From Octopus bimaculoides (Eukaryota), in the NCBI RefSeq assembly GCF_001194135.2, contig NC_068984.1, positions 103,815,415 through 103,879,414 on the forward strand: a stretch of DNA of 64,000 bases, read 5' to 3'. The notes below the pieces were generated by a model that did not search any database, was not told the DNA's origin, and was given only the letters and a program-made list of their open reading frames with translations. Numbering within the stretch: the stretch's first letter is position 1; each line of letters starts with the position of its first letter. Positions 34,901 to 49,399 of this stretch are shown piece after piece. The position numbers and the translations under genes are program-made.

Positions 34901-37479
34901 TGAAGTTGCTTGTCAACACTCCCAACTTCTGACTCACAGACATGATTCTTCACTACTTTTCTTATGCTAGCATAGTGCTTGTCAAAAAAACAGCAGGTCT
35001 TGTGTATCCCCCCCCCATTCAGACTCTTCTGACTTGCTCATCTCTCCTCTTCCTGCCACTTACATTATGCACTCTTTTCAGGAATTCAGGCTTAGCATTA
35101 ACCACTTTCACTAGCCCATCCTTTGCCAAATGTCAACCCTCTCAAAGACCCTCCAAGCCCATGTTTTTGCTGCCACTGTTCAACAGAAACATTAACTGTG
35201 TCAATCTCACTGGTCTCAAGTGACCTGTGAAAGATATGGCCACAACTGCACCATATGGATATGAGACTTGGGGACTTTACATAGCTGACTTGGCAAAAGT
35301 AAATGCATTCTAGATACAGAATCTAAAAAGAAAGTTTCAAATTCTTTGAATGTTTACAATTTTTGCTTGAGTACAATGTGACAATTTCTGCAAGGCAGTT
35401 TACACAGAAGATATGGTAATCTCCAGAAGTGAAAAAGATGTAATAAGGTTTTGAATGGTAAGTGTTTGATATGATACCAACAAGCAGAAGCAGCAGAGAG
35501 GAAAATAGAAAGTTAAAAGAAACCATAAGTTTCAAGTTATCAGAGAGAAGAAATCTACAATTGAAACAGTTGCAGAAGCTGTGCAGAACTTCAATGAACT
35601 AAGAGAAATTCAAATTACAGAACAATAAGATAAACAAAAGAAAACAGAGGTATCGAGTTACTTGAAAGAAGCAGTGTATGATGCTATAGAGGAGAGATAG
35701 TTTTAGTAATTGGAAGACATAGATATGAAATAGAGTTTGATTCTATGAAAGTAAAACGCTAGCAGATCTCTAATTTACAAAGCACAACATTTCTTTTTCC
35801 TACAAAATAAATAAATAAATAAAATTGATAAAAATCAAAATATTAAAAACACTAAACAATTGTGATTTTAAATACACTTATTTTGAGGAAATATATTTCG
35901 TCGTGTTTAATTATTTTGGAGAGATATTACTTTTTGCTTAATATTTTCTGTCAGTTATAAATTTAAATGCAAAATTAGCTTTCTTACTAATTAGAATGAC
36001 AAATATAAGGTCCTTTATAATTTCATATAAATGCAACAACCTCTGTAAAGAAAATGTCTTGTTATTCAGTTTCACACACTCAACAAAATACTTAAAACAA
36101 CAGAAGGAAAACCATTTTCTAAGAACCAAATCAAGAGATTGATTTATTTGCCAGTAAAAGACAACTGACAGTAGTGAAGAAAGAGTGATCCTAAGATAGA
36201 TCCTAAGTTCAGAGAACCCACTTCTCTTTACAGTCTGTCCAAACAATCAATTATTCACACATTACATTGCTATAAAACTAATGAAGATTCATACCAAACA
36301 ACTCTGATGAGTCACTGTTAAGACAATTTTCACCTTGCTCCAAAACATGTTTATTTCTATGATGAGATTTTCTTTCAGACAAAAACCACAGCATCATGCC
36401 TTTCAATGGTGTATATGCATTAAGTATGATGCACAGATGTCTGAGCAGAATTACATTTAACTGTAATAAGTCATCTGAAAACAAAACTTAGGGAGATATT
36501 CATTACCATTTTAAAATTTTTATTGTTCTTATTCAGAACATTTAATGGCCACCCTAATTTGTCATTTTGTTTTTATAAACTTTACCAATTTTTAGTAATG
36601 GAATAGCATTAATTAGGTATAAAGTAATACAGCAAACTCAAATTGTTTTTAGGGTTAATAATATTACATAGAAATTTTGGAAAAATTTATAATTTCAGAA
36701 TTATCCTGATAGCATAAAGAACTTCACTGCAATAATCTACACTGATTTCATGTCACCTAATTAATTTGACTCATCAAGACATTATCCAAATGTTCCCTAA
36801 TCTCAAAACTGCAACTAACATGTTCTTTAAAAGCTGCACAAGCTTTCAATTCACCATTCCCAAAATAGCATCTCTCTGGAACTTCCTGCCCACCAAGCCT
36901 CTCTACTGAACTGAATATAGTTAATATAAGAGAATGTGAAAACAAAAGGGTTCCTTTCTTTGATACGATAACCAAGGACTAATGACCACCTTTTCATATT
37001 ATTTGCATTCAAATTAACAAATTTGTTTTACAATAACCAAACCATAACACTTGCAGTGGAAGTTTCTTGTCCGATAACTAAATTACAGGATGTGCCAATG
37101 TGGCCTTTACTGACCCACATTCTATTCATTTGATTTTAACTTGGAGTCCTTCACACACTGTCTCCTCATTAACAATGTGCTAGTATTACTTCTAAACCAC
37201 ACATAAACACACATTTTTTAAAGCACATACAAAACACAAAGGATAGGCTTTTTCTTTAAAGATAGAAAATAGCTCAACTATAAATAGCAGCTGACCTTCT
37301 TTACAAGTGTCTTGAGAGACTAGAATGAAGATGAGTTAGTTAAAGATTTCACAAAACCATCTATTATTTTACACTATCATAGTTTACTGTTCAAATTGAC
37401 ATAAAACATTGGTAGTAATTTGAAATAACCATTAAATATGGAAGATATATGGAAAAATTTTCAACTCCATCCTCTCTGC

Positions 37480-38290
37480 TCCATCAACCTTTCTTCCACA
37501 TACATTTCATCCCCTAAACACCCATCACTTGTTACCTGAGAGAAGAATAGGCACATACTACATCCCCACCCTGACTTTCTCAGTTATCTTTCTTTCCCAA
37601 CCTCAAACCACTTCCCTTTGTCTTTCCTTGCTTACTGTCTCCACCAATCATCTAGCATCTGCACCGTCTCTACCCTGTGCTGTTCTCCATTATTAACACC
37701 TCACTTACCTGCTACCACCCTCAAAACCCTCACATATCAACTGCAACACTTGTCCCCAAGACTCTCCTATGTTTCTCTCCCATCATTTGCTAGTCACATA
37801 AATCTTGCCCACTCACCCAGTCCAAACCTCTGTATCACCTCACTTATTCTCACCACCCCGAATATCATTCAAGGTCATGTCCCAACATCTTCACCATCAT
37901 CCCTATAGCTTTCTTTATCTTACTCTCTAGTTCACTGTCCTTTTTCCCCCCAACAGGGATATTCATGTATCTACTCTATAGCAAGACACCAATCTGTCCC
38001 TCTTTAAACCATTAATCTCTCAACTGGCACTCAATACAACTCTCTGCTCCCAGTTGAGGAGGTTTTGTCTTGCAAAGTACTTGGTAACTCTGTCAGTGCT
38101 GGTGCCACATAAAAAAACATCCAGTACACTCTGTAAAGTGGTTTGCATTAGGAAGGGCATCCAGCTGTAGAAACCATGCCAAAACAGACACTGGAGCCTG
38201 GTGTTGTTCTCAGCCGTGCCAGCTCCATGTCAAACCATCCAAACCATGCCAGCATAGAAAACCGATATTAAATGACAATAATGATGATGA
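37480..38290 (-). mobile_element. Repeat family C long copy
   Basis: Reverse complement matches 13560-14390. Confidence 0.65.
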
Positions 38291-41200
38291 GTACACTTGA
38301 GCTGAATTTTTATTACAGCTTCCAAGTCTGCTGGGCTTGAATGATTAAAACAAACTAACAAAATATCCTTACAGCTGCTAGTATGCACTGAAATTTATTC
38401 AGCAACCCCTTAATAAAGTAACTTTAAAACTATAAACATTGCACTGTTTAACTACTTGGATACTAGACAGACAACTAATTAATCTGACCATCTCCAACAG
38501 TCAATGAGTACATTAAAATATAAAAGATGCTTCAAGTAGAGCAACATGGTTAAACTTAAAATTTGTAAACGAACAATGTAGATGAATTGAATTGATATTA
38601 CATATGTTAACCAATATTTGCAGGACAATCTCCTTTACTCTGAATAGAAAATATGAAAGAACATATAAGTGAAAACTAGTAGTGTGCCCAAAAAAGACAT
38701 GAGAATTAAGATTAGATCTCAGATTGTGTGGTCTACATATAAGATGACACTGAATCAAAAGGTATGTTAATATACTGCACTGTAAACTATGCCATATTAA
38801 GAAAAAATAAATAAATAAAACCAACCTTCATAACAATGGTGACTAACTAGAATACTATTACTAATATACTAATCAGGTAGATTTATGACTAATTGCAAGG
38901 ATCTATTCTTCACATTAGGAAAGTATTTCCTTTACAATGACATGAAAGACAATGGTTTTTCATTATTACTGCCTCATCTTAGCTATACAGACTAGATTTC
39001 AATAATTATAAAGACAATGTTGAATATTCAACTATTTTTAATTACTAATAGCCGTAGTGCTGAGATTCTAACACAGATCATATATCTTCAGGCACTTGGT
39101 ACAAATTTTAAAATATTCCAAATCATGTGTTACATATCAGTTATGTACCTCAAGGGTCCACCCCAACACTCAACACTACTATTTTTATCTCTTTCCAGCT
39201 CTACCCCAGTTACTCCCACATTCCGTTCTGAAATGTGAGTAACCATGTAGCTTCTCTGCAGCAAGAAACTTCTTCAGGTTTGGCTTCTTCTCTCATACTT
39301 TAACCCTTCACTTTCTAGCAGAGAGTTCTCTCTCAAGGTTAATGGTCTTGCAAGCTGCAAAGTAGCCTAACTAGTGTTGTGGCATGAAAAAAGTACCCAG
39401 TACCTGCTGCTAAGTGGTTGGCATTAGGAAGGGCATATCCAGCTGTAGAAACCATGTCAAAGAAGACAGTGGAGCACCATGCAGCCCTTGGTGCCCATCA
39501 AATCTTGTCAAACTTTGTAACCCATGTATGGAACATGGACATTAAATTATAATTTTGAAATCAGGCACACACAATAACCAACAAAGGAGCATAAACATGG
39601 CCACTCAAACTGCCAAATATAGCACACTGGTATCAATCAAATCACATACCCTAACATTTTAAATAAGAACACATTGTATAATGTGGTGCTTAATTGGAAA
39701 AAGAAGACAAGCTGGTCGCCTCCAACACATTTTCACCATAGTTAAATCAGAACTATGTGGGGAGAGATGTAGCAACAACAGTTATGCTATTTAAATCAAC
39801 TTTAACTTAAAGGGAACCAAGTCTCTATAAGGGCAGTTGACATTTACAAATATATCTAAGTGCAGGCATGGCTGTACAGTTGAGAAGATTGCTCCCCAAA
39901 CATATGGTCTTCAGTTCCACGTGGAACATAGGACATCTATTATAGCCCCAGGTTGACTAAAGCTTTGTGCATAGATTCTGTAGAGACAAAAAGAAAGCCC
40001 ATCATGCATGCATGTATGTATGTATGTATATCCAAGTCTTGATAGCATGATAGTTATAAATAAGCATTACCATCATAGAACTGATGTTTGTTTCCTGTCT
40101 TCCGTGAAAAACATGTCTAGCCATAGGAAATATATGATCCTCAATTGTTTCTAACAGGTGAGGGTTGGCAACAGGAAGTATGTCTACCTTAGAAAATGTG
40201 CCTTGACAAATTCCAGCCAACTAATGCAAGTATGGAAAAATCGACTTTAAATGAGTATTTGTACAAAATTTTAAATTTTATATTGCAATTAGTAAATATT
40301 ACTACAATAGTTAGACTTCCAAGAGGGGCTAATCACTGATTTGCAGCATCTCTGATGGTGAGAGTGACAAGAGAATTTCTCAGTGCTGAACAAATATCAG
40401 AAAGAACTTCATTTATATAGTTTTTTATATAGTTTTTTTTTTAGTTTTTTTTATTTTATAGTTTTCTCATGTTTACATACTTTACCAGATATACTAATAT
40501 ACACATACACAACAGGCTTCTGCAAACCAAATTCCAGTTATTGCAAAAACATACTTGTTAACCTTAAAGTCATGCCTGCTACATTATCCATCTAAGAGTC
40601 CAAGTAGTAGACAAACATCCTTCCTTACTTCCATTAGGCACAAACAAAAATCTGTTCTTTACTATGCATGATACTAAATTATCAAGACATTGTTTCTATA
40701 AATCTTGTAATAATTACTTATAAAATAAAGAAGATATATAAATTCATCCTCAAAATATATCTTCATTTAACAGAAGAGAGTTACATTTAAATACATTGAA
40801 GTGAATTAGGCTGACAACAAACAACAATAGAGAAAAGTCCTAAAAACTCCTACTTTCACAAAGTAACACCTGATCTTTGTAATCAGGTTTCAACTTACTA
40901 AAAATTGAAACTAGTCCATCAGAAAAATAACATTGAATGAAAAAATAAAATGACAAGTATAGATTTATGATTTAATAGGAAAGTTTCTACAAGTAGGTGA
41001 ATGGAGTATTCAGAGCAAGAAGGATTTTATGGTTTTAGCTGACAACAGACCCAACACAGAACAAATTAAAACAGATTATGCAACTTATGTAAGCATGGAA
41101 AAATTATTGGTTCTCAACATTGAATTTTGATAGTTCATATTGTTTTTCTCTACGTTACACAGATGCACTTCCTGCTGTCAACCCTAATCAGTTTTGCAAG

Positions 41201-42349
41201 TAAGGGATCTCTCATTCTACACGGCTTTGACGGTGCAAAGCCAGTGGATGATTTGTTGACAGGAAAACTAACATCACTGCTCATATACTGCTACTTTCAT
41301 AAAAGCAAGCACACACACATCCTTCAATTTGGATCACCTTTTTTACTCAACAGTTAGCCTCTTTATGCATAACATGTCCACACAACCTCTACACTATATC
41401 TAAATTCCTTTCATATTCAGTTTTCTCTCATATTCGCCAACACTTACAAATCCAGTAGAATATGTTTGCCTCAGTTTTTTCCTGTTTTCATATAGCTCAT
41501 TTCATTCCTTCACCAACAACATTTTGTGTCCAGTTTCCCATGCTTGCATATACTTAATAAGGTAGATTTTCTACCAAATGCACTCACAAGGTTTTGGTTA
41601 TCCTGGGGCTATAGTAGACACTTCATCAAGGTTCCACACAGTGGAGTTGAACCCAAGACCATATGGTTAGTAAGCAAACTTTTAAACCACATAGTATACC
41701 TGCACCTATTATATATACCTCATTTCTTCCCAGCTTTCATATATTTTCCACATTCACTGATATGTTCCACCACCAAGCAAAATTGCATTTCACACATAAG
41801 GCACCATATACTATCAGTTATTAGCAAAGGTAATAGCTTGCTGAACTTTTCCTAACTATTCTTATTCTAACTAGTATGCTTTGGAACACACTACTCAAGT
41901 GTCACTTAGGTCACCTAGTTAACATAAAATATCAACTACTACTAGGGAGCCCTCTGAACATTTAGGAAAAATAATTCTATGAGTCCCTTATTGCTAACTA
42001 CTCATGCACACCTAAATGCTTCTCTATCAGCCTGCCTATGATCCCACTGCATCTCTTGTGTACCCATATTTTACACTGAATACATTATGTTGCATTCCTA
42101 CCAACTACTTTTTTCTATGAATTACATCATTGTTATAGAGATCTCACAGATATTTTAAACTCCTGAAACAGGAGTAGAGTGATTATAATAAAAGTTTCGT
42201 TTTATTGCCCTTTCTAATATTGACAAGAGAGATGGAGAGAGAACTGAGAGATAATGTTAAAATAATACATAAAATAATTCACACACACATATATAGTTCA
42301 AATTTAAGCTTACTAAGAAGCTAAACAATCCATGAAGGAAGTAAAAAGC

Positions 42350-43310
42350 CATAACAAAGCTAGTTGAGACTACAAACAACAAGAATTTGAGTTTTTAGGA
42401 CAAATGCAATATTCCAGTAAGAAAGAACAAACAACTACCTTCATTTGTTGAGCAAGGAAATGCTTTGAATAATGACCCACAATCTGCAGTCTGGTGGTCA
42501 ATGGAATGGCTAAATATGGACAACTGACTTGTAAAAACATTTCAGACATTGTAGAAGGAATCTAAAATTAGAGTCGGGATAAGTAATATGCAATTTAAGA
42601 TACAAATGGGTGTATCAAACAACTTGGTTTCTCATCAAGTCATCAGCTCAGAAGCTGTGTAGGAAATTTGCAACAAAAAAAGCTCAAAGAAAAATAACTG
42701 AAATAGTGACCATGACAAAATATTAAAAACTAATAGCAGGTGCAGCTAAAAGAAACTATGACAAAATATAAGAAACTGGTTAATAACAGGAGCACCTAAA
42801 ACGTAGAACTCAATGTGACAATTAAATGTCATTAACATATAAGGATTAACAATAAACCTAGAAATAAACATATTACACTGATATTGGTCCCTGTGAATTA
42901 ATAGACAAACCCTGTTACTAAACTGATAATTATGAAGATGGAGTTTGTGATAAAATGGTCCCTAAATTTTGAAGTGTCAGAAAGTTTCAAGAATTGCTGT
43001 GCCATTAGTAATGAAAAAGCAGATTATATAGAATTGTGTTAATGTATGACCATTTCACACAAAGGGATGAATTCAACCGGGGAGGAATAAGCATGATGTG
43101 AACTTGAGGGAACAGTTAATAAAGCAGCAGAGTAACTAAAGCATTGGCTAATATAACAGAGACAACTATTGTATTATGTGAATGGATGACACATGTTAGG
43201 TGAAAATGATGTCAGTACATGTGATATAGAAAGGATGAAGACAAAATAATTATAAAGGAGCTAATAGATTAGAACTCTTTGATGAAATGAGATATGGTAA
43301 AAATATATAG
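42350..43310 (+). mobile_element. Highly decayed RTE-like LINE
   Basis: Traces only: FKIQMGVS, a KW/PC..C..KG-like segment, and CIM*MDDTC*VKMMSVHV resembling RTE motifs. Confidence 0.3.
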
Positions 43311-45293
43311 CAACTCATTGAATCAATACAGCTCAGAAAATCTTCAGGTTACTAAAGTAGAAAAGAGTAAAATATCAATAGTAATAGTTTGAGTGTTCTA
43401 GAACCAGTTAACCAAAAGGTAGATAAAAAAAAGTAACAGAATTGAGTAGTTAGAAATAACTCCAAAAATATGGCATCTTTAAAGAATAATAAGCATTCAA
43501 AAATATAGTTTTTCAACTAGTAAAATATAAAAATTACAATAGTCGATCACTTGAAGTGTAATAACTGACTTGAATATGATAATTAAAAAAAAAGTGAAGC
43601 TAGTTAAACTGCTTTAGTAATGGAAGAAAAATTACTATTACAAAGGGGAAAACAGACCAACTGAAATTACAACAGCTCTCAATAGGTTGGTAAATTTTCT
43701 CAGAAGTACAAAATTTCATGTTAAAATTATTCCTAGCACAAAAGGATAATGAAAAGATTATTTGGTATATAAAATTCAAGAATATGAAAAATAAAAATCA
43801 ATTGACAATCATTTTAACTAATTACACAGTATAAGACAAAATACAACAGCAATACAAAGAAAAGAGAATCTTTAAATGTCCATTATTATAAATTAGTATG
43901 TCTAAATGCCATCCAGTAAACCCACCACTCTATTCACTTCTTAAGCCGAGCTATTTTTATCAAATATTTATACAGAGTGTGCTAATACCTTCGTCCACCT
44001 TTTCTGCACTATTTATGTATAAATATACTGTCATTCAAACATATGGTATTTAGTCTATGAAATGATGTACATGTTTAACTTATATTTCCTTCACCCCTAC
44101 ATACAGGGATCCACTTGTGTTGAGTGCTGAATATCAAAGCTATAAAATGAACAGAGTTTAGTTCCACAAAATAAATATCTTAATAGATGATTGCCTAATT
44201 TTTAGCACAAATAAAACCAATATAAAAAAAAAGGTTCAGAAAGCAACATTTTCATTATAATACAAAATTTTTGTTTGCTACAAGAACAAAAAAGAAAAAA
44301 ATTAAGTATTCCATGCAAATAATAGCTTTCACTTGAAACAAAAACTAAAACCTGTTGCTTAAAGACAACTATTAAATGACTAACCTTAAGCTAAATGACC
44401 TCCAGCACAAGTCATTTAGTTGGATATTTTTATGACTTGGTGTGAAACTTGTTTACTGAAATAGCATAAAAATCACCTCATGAGGCTTATATAGACTTAG
44501 TGTGTGGAAAAGTTACAGATTTTATTTGAATTTCAGGAAAACAACCTGAAGACTCCTCTATTTAGAAATATGTTGAAAAAATAAAATTTTAGGAAAAGTA
44601 GTTCACAATTACAAAAGAAACAAGACTATTGAAGGAAAAATTACCAAATGATCATTAAAAGTTAAATGAACAGAGATTGTTCATAGAAATTTATATTTCA
44701 AGGTGTAATAATTCAGCTGAATGGGTTTAACAAATTTGTGGTTTCAAACAAGATTCTAATTCATGAATGGGCTATCATAATATACACATAAATAACTATA
44801 CAATTTATGGAAAGAATTTTTCTTTAATTACGTCTATAAAAACACACATAAATCTAAACTATGATGTTTTTAAGTGTGTACAGAGAAGATATTTGAAAGT
44901 TCTCTTGTTCAACAGCCGTTTACGAAGTAAACCCCCTTCGACGGTCCTCCCTCAAATTCCTGACTTTAGAAATGTATTTTCAAGCAAAAACAAAACAAAT
45001 GAAAGTAGATATTGAGGGAGAAACAGAGCATAAACTGATAAAGGACACAACACTCCCAAATTACTTTCAAATTCTTAAGAGTATCGACGCTAGAAAACCA
45101 GGCTTTTTTAGTTTGCTTTTTTTTTTCTTTTATATATATTTGCTGCTTCTATTATTTAATGTTTGGTAAGGAAACAGAAAGAAAACAGAGGACAACGAAG
45201 AAACGCAAACAGATTAAAGACAAAACTAAAGAATTGAAAACTTGGATTGCATAACACCAGAGAACCTAATCGATAAAGTAAAAGTTCGATTAC

Positions 45294-45416
45294 CTCAGGG
45301 AATAGAAACTAGACTAACTCGGGATTTAGTCTTCAATAAACAGCGTGTAGAAGAAACGTCGGGTAAGAAAATGGTGCTGCAACAGACATTTCAGAGAGAA
45401 AGAAAGAGAGAATGAG
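45294..45416 (-). other. Candidate 5' UTR exon containing an 18-aa uORF (MSVAAPFSYPTFLLHAVY*, 45389-45333)
   Basis: Acceptor TTTTATTGTGAACGCAG| and donor GAG|GTAATC on the minus strand, within the CpG-retaining zone. Confidence 0.3.
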
Positions 45417-46665
45417 CTGCGTTCACAATAAAAGAAACGCGTTGGAAAAATTGAGAAACCAATTCTACCGTTAGAAGAATTTGAGAGCATGATTACATAA
45501 GCAAAAAAAAAAAGATCGGTAAGATTGAGACACGCTCTAGAGCTAATACGACAATCTTCATAAAAGAGAAAGATAGAAAGATGAAGTGAGGTTGGGTTAA
45601 AAATAAAGAGAGGAAGAATAAATGGAGGTGGGCGGAGAGAGAAGGGGGGGCAAACGGAAGAAATCAGAGAGAGAGAGGAAAGACAAAAGACGCAAATAGA
45701 GGTTTAATTAGTATTTAAAAAATACTGAGTCATACTAAAAAGAGGCTTAGTTCGTAGAAGTGCAAAAAAAAAGTGTTTTAGTTAAAAGACTGTCCAGTAT
45801 GGTGTGTAAACCTGAGAAAACGTGGTGAGCATTTTTGGTAAGTGAAACACACTGATAAATAGATAGATCACTCAATAAAGAGGATGGGTGTGTGTGTGTG
45901 TGTATTTATGATGAAATAAACCCTATTGTCACTGGTCCAATGAAGTGCTTTTCACTAGTATCTCCACGTAACACAAGAACGGTGCTTATGGTGTAGAACC
46001 AACCATTTAATATCCATCCATCCATCCATCACTCTGGAGATCTGAGAAGGATAAAAACAAAATCTCGCAGATAATGGATAAACGACACGTAAAAGTAAAA
46101 TATCCAACCACATACATCATCATCATCATCTGTGCATTCCAACGAAAGTCTAGCCTTAAATATATAATTATTAGTCATCAATGAACAAGGTTCAGTAAAT
46201 ACAAAACTAAGAAACCTCGGTTATTTGCCAGTTAAAAACAAGATGAATTTACATAACATTTTACAAAAAAAGAAAAGTTTTCTTTTACAAGATTTACGAA
46301 AGTTAAGTTTAAAAACAGTAAAATGAGGATTAATAATTATGGATTATAACCAAATAGACCGGGTAAATGTCAACTTTTACAAAGAAAGTATTTATAGACA
46401 GTTAGGTGAGGGTGGGATTGTTTTAACATGTGACTATTTACATGAGGTGGAATTATTTGGTAAAATTATTTATTATTTGCAGTACAGATCTGTAAACTGA
46501 ACAAAACACGAGCGAATGCCATCAAATCGTATTAGTTTTCAAGGATATACATGATACTGTCTACTAAAAACAATGTACATAGAGTTTGTTTATAGACATT
46601 TAAGAATTAGGCAGTTCACGGTAAGTTGTCAGATATTTTCTTCTACGAAATTAAAGGGACTAATT

Positions 46666-46713
<48 letters not shown>

Positions 46714-47639
46714 ACAAAACTGATTGTGTCAATCCCATTTCGTGTGTATCGAGGTAGAGAATACAAACAATGTGTGTGTGTGTGTGTACACACAGCCAAC
46801 TGCGACCTAGTAGTCCGATGAACTATCTATCCTACAGAGAGCTGCATTACATTTTACTTTTTGTAATTAGGGGTGTGTGTTGGTGAGAGAATGTTTGTTG
46901 GTGAGACTATGTGCATGTGTATGGATGGAAGAGTGCGTCAAAATAAAGAGGTGTCACTGTGTGTAATATTGTCAGCATGTGGATTGCTGCAAGTGAAGAA
47001 GACTAAGGAATGGTAACATTCTACAAAAGTATTAAGAACCAATAAAATAAGCAGGACGAAAAACGATATAAATAGTATGAATTGCTACGGCTAAAGAAAT
47101 CTTAAACTTTTTCATATACATTTATTATACAATAAATTATGATTTAAAAAAAAATTAAACCGTGAATATAATGAATAAGAAATAAACAAATGGGGCAGCT
47201 GGTTGATTTACAAATGTTGAAGTTGAAGTAATAATAAAGTCAATGTCAAAAAACACACATCCAAGTGTGACAGACATTCGTCTGCATTTCCAATGTTAGT
47301 ATCATAGAAGTTAAAGGTAAAACAAAAACAAAACTTAGGAATAAGAAAGAAGAAATGAGAAATACAAAACTTAACAGCCATACATTGTTTATCGACTGTT
47401 CAATAAATTCACTGTCTCCAATATCAGCACACACTTAAACATACAGATATAAATAGATATATATACACATTAGGATATATATATATATTTTGATCTTCGT
47501 GTAGTCGCACCAAGTTTGTGTGTTTTGTTATGAAGTATGAAATAAAGACAAAACCAAACAGAGCTGATATACGTTCAATTATGAGTGTACGCACGTGTTG
47601 GACCCACCTTTTTATAACAAATGTATACGAATAAAGTAC

Positions 47640-47830
47640 CAACAGCTTTCTTTAACCCAAGCTCTTCTCGATTTAGTCATGATCTGCCATTTTGGAAGTG
47701 CGGCGGCAGATTCTCTGTTACTCCCAGCATGCACTCGGATGAAAGACAAGCCCAACTGAGCATGCGTGGATTCTTTCTAATTCTTCTTAACTCATTTCCT
47801 AAATTACCTGACAGCTATTTGTGCGGTTAT
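47640..47830. promoter_or_regulatory. Putative core promoter / first exon (possibly bidirectional)
   Basis: CpG-retaining GC patch. YY1-like CAAAATGGC (minus; GCCATTTT at 47686-47693), adjacent ETS-like CACTTCC, NRF1-like TGAGCATGCGT (~47758-47768), possible donor G|GTACTT at 47639. A/T strand skew flips here. Confidence 0.5.
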
Positions 47831-49399
47831 CAATATTGACCCAACTTAACCTTTCATCTACCTTTCTTTCTTACATAATTTCCTCTGTCAGCTAGCTTCG
47901 GCATTTTTTTATTTTAAAGAAAGTAGCCTCCATTTTTTTAATAATCTTTTCATTCAGATTCTTTTTTAAAGATATCTTCTTTTTTCTATTTAATCTTCTT
48001 GAAATAACCTTTTGTGTAACCAAATCGCTATCCATATTGTTAACGAGAAATCGATTTTAGAATTCTGTTGATGTTTTACATTGACTGTGAAAAAATAAAG
48101 TAAACCACCATGCTTTAGAAAAACAGTGAGTTTGTTGATCCGCTGTTTTAGATATTCCAAAGTTTTCTTCAAATTGGAAAACTGAATGGAGAAAAAGCAT
48201 AGCTAGAGTTGAAGTACCTAAAAATTTTTTTTTAAATGTAGTGTCATCAGATGGAGGTAGAAAGACTGTACAACTTGTTTCATATAATGAAATTTTCTGA
48301 GCAGTCAATTGTCAAATCACTTTAGCTACGGTTTGAAAAAAATGTTTGAAGTAAATTATAATGCTTCTAAAAAAAAGTAAAGGTTAGTTGTAAGGCAATT
48401 GTATTTTTTCTTTTCATACTTTTTTTGTCCATTATTATCAGAGTTTCAGCTTGCAGTTTCATAGTTTATTTAATTTGAAACTTGCTACCAAGTGACAAAA
48501 ATGCAAATTCAGATAAGAACATAACAAAACATTACTAGATGTGTATGCATATGAATGAGAGGAGAGTTTGCTTCAAATTATGTCAAGTATTCATGCATGA
48601 TTGCTGTTTTCCAGGTTATAACATAGCTTATTGTTAGTGTGCAAATCTTTCCCTAATATTAGTGTTCATCGAAACAAAACCAAAGAAAGAAATCTTTAGT
48701 TTTCAAACTCTATAAAATAACTCAGTGGTTGAACATGTGAAAGTTGAGGTTTTTAATATCTGAACCTTAAAATGAATAAATTAATATCATCGGGAAACTA
48801 GCTACCTGTCTTTGCAGTTATTTAAGTTCCATTTTGTTCTGTATAATCTAAGAAAAGAAAATAATTCTGTTTTACAGGTCTTCTAAGTCTAGGAATTGAA
48901 TTAACTGGGAGCACTAACCACTCCCATCATCATTATCATAATATAATGGGCATTAAAGATGGAAGTAGTTAGTACTACTAAATATTATGTTGCAACTCTT
49001 GGAACTAAAATATGAAGGTTGGTTTGGGCATTTAGAATGGATTCTGGAAAGTGAGTTTGAAATAAGAATGACCTTTGAAGATTAAAGCTGTTTAATAATT
49101 TGATCAGGAGAGAAAGGATTGTACTCAAAATTGATGTGGTTAATATTCATCTTGAACATCTACAGGCAAACATGGGTGAGGAAGAAAAGACCATGTCTGG
49201 GCTGTGTACTTGCAACTGAGTGAACTCTACAACCACCCAAGGTTCAGGTGATGGACTTGGGCTGGATGTAAATATTTGCAATAAATTAAATATCTAGACA
49301 AAATATTAAATTTCCTGTCAGTTTATGTACTTTTTTAATTAGTTTGGTCTGGAAGGAGAAGCTGTGCCCATAGCTTTTGCAAATCCTCTGGGACTGGTG

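Noticed and set aside
36304-36330. CTGATGA-GTC-actgttaa-GAC
   Set aside because: It is followed by AATT instead of GAAA, with no stem III or stem I.
36757-36910. Candidate minus-strand exon (AG at 36912-36911, G|GTGACA at 36756)
   Set aside because: The splice signals are only moderate and the peptide is unrecognisable; it cannot be supported without RNA data.
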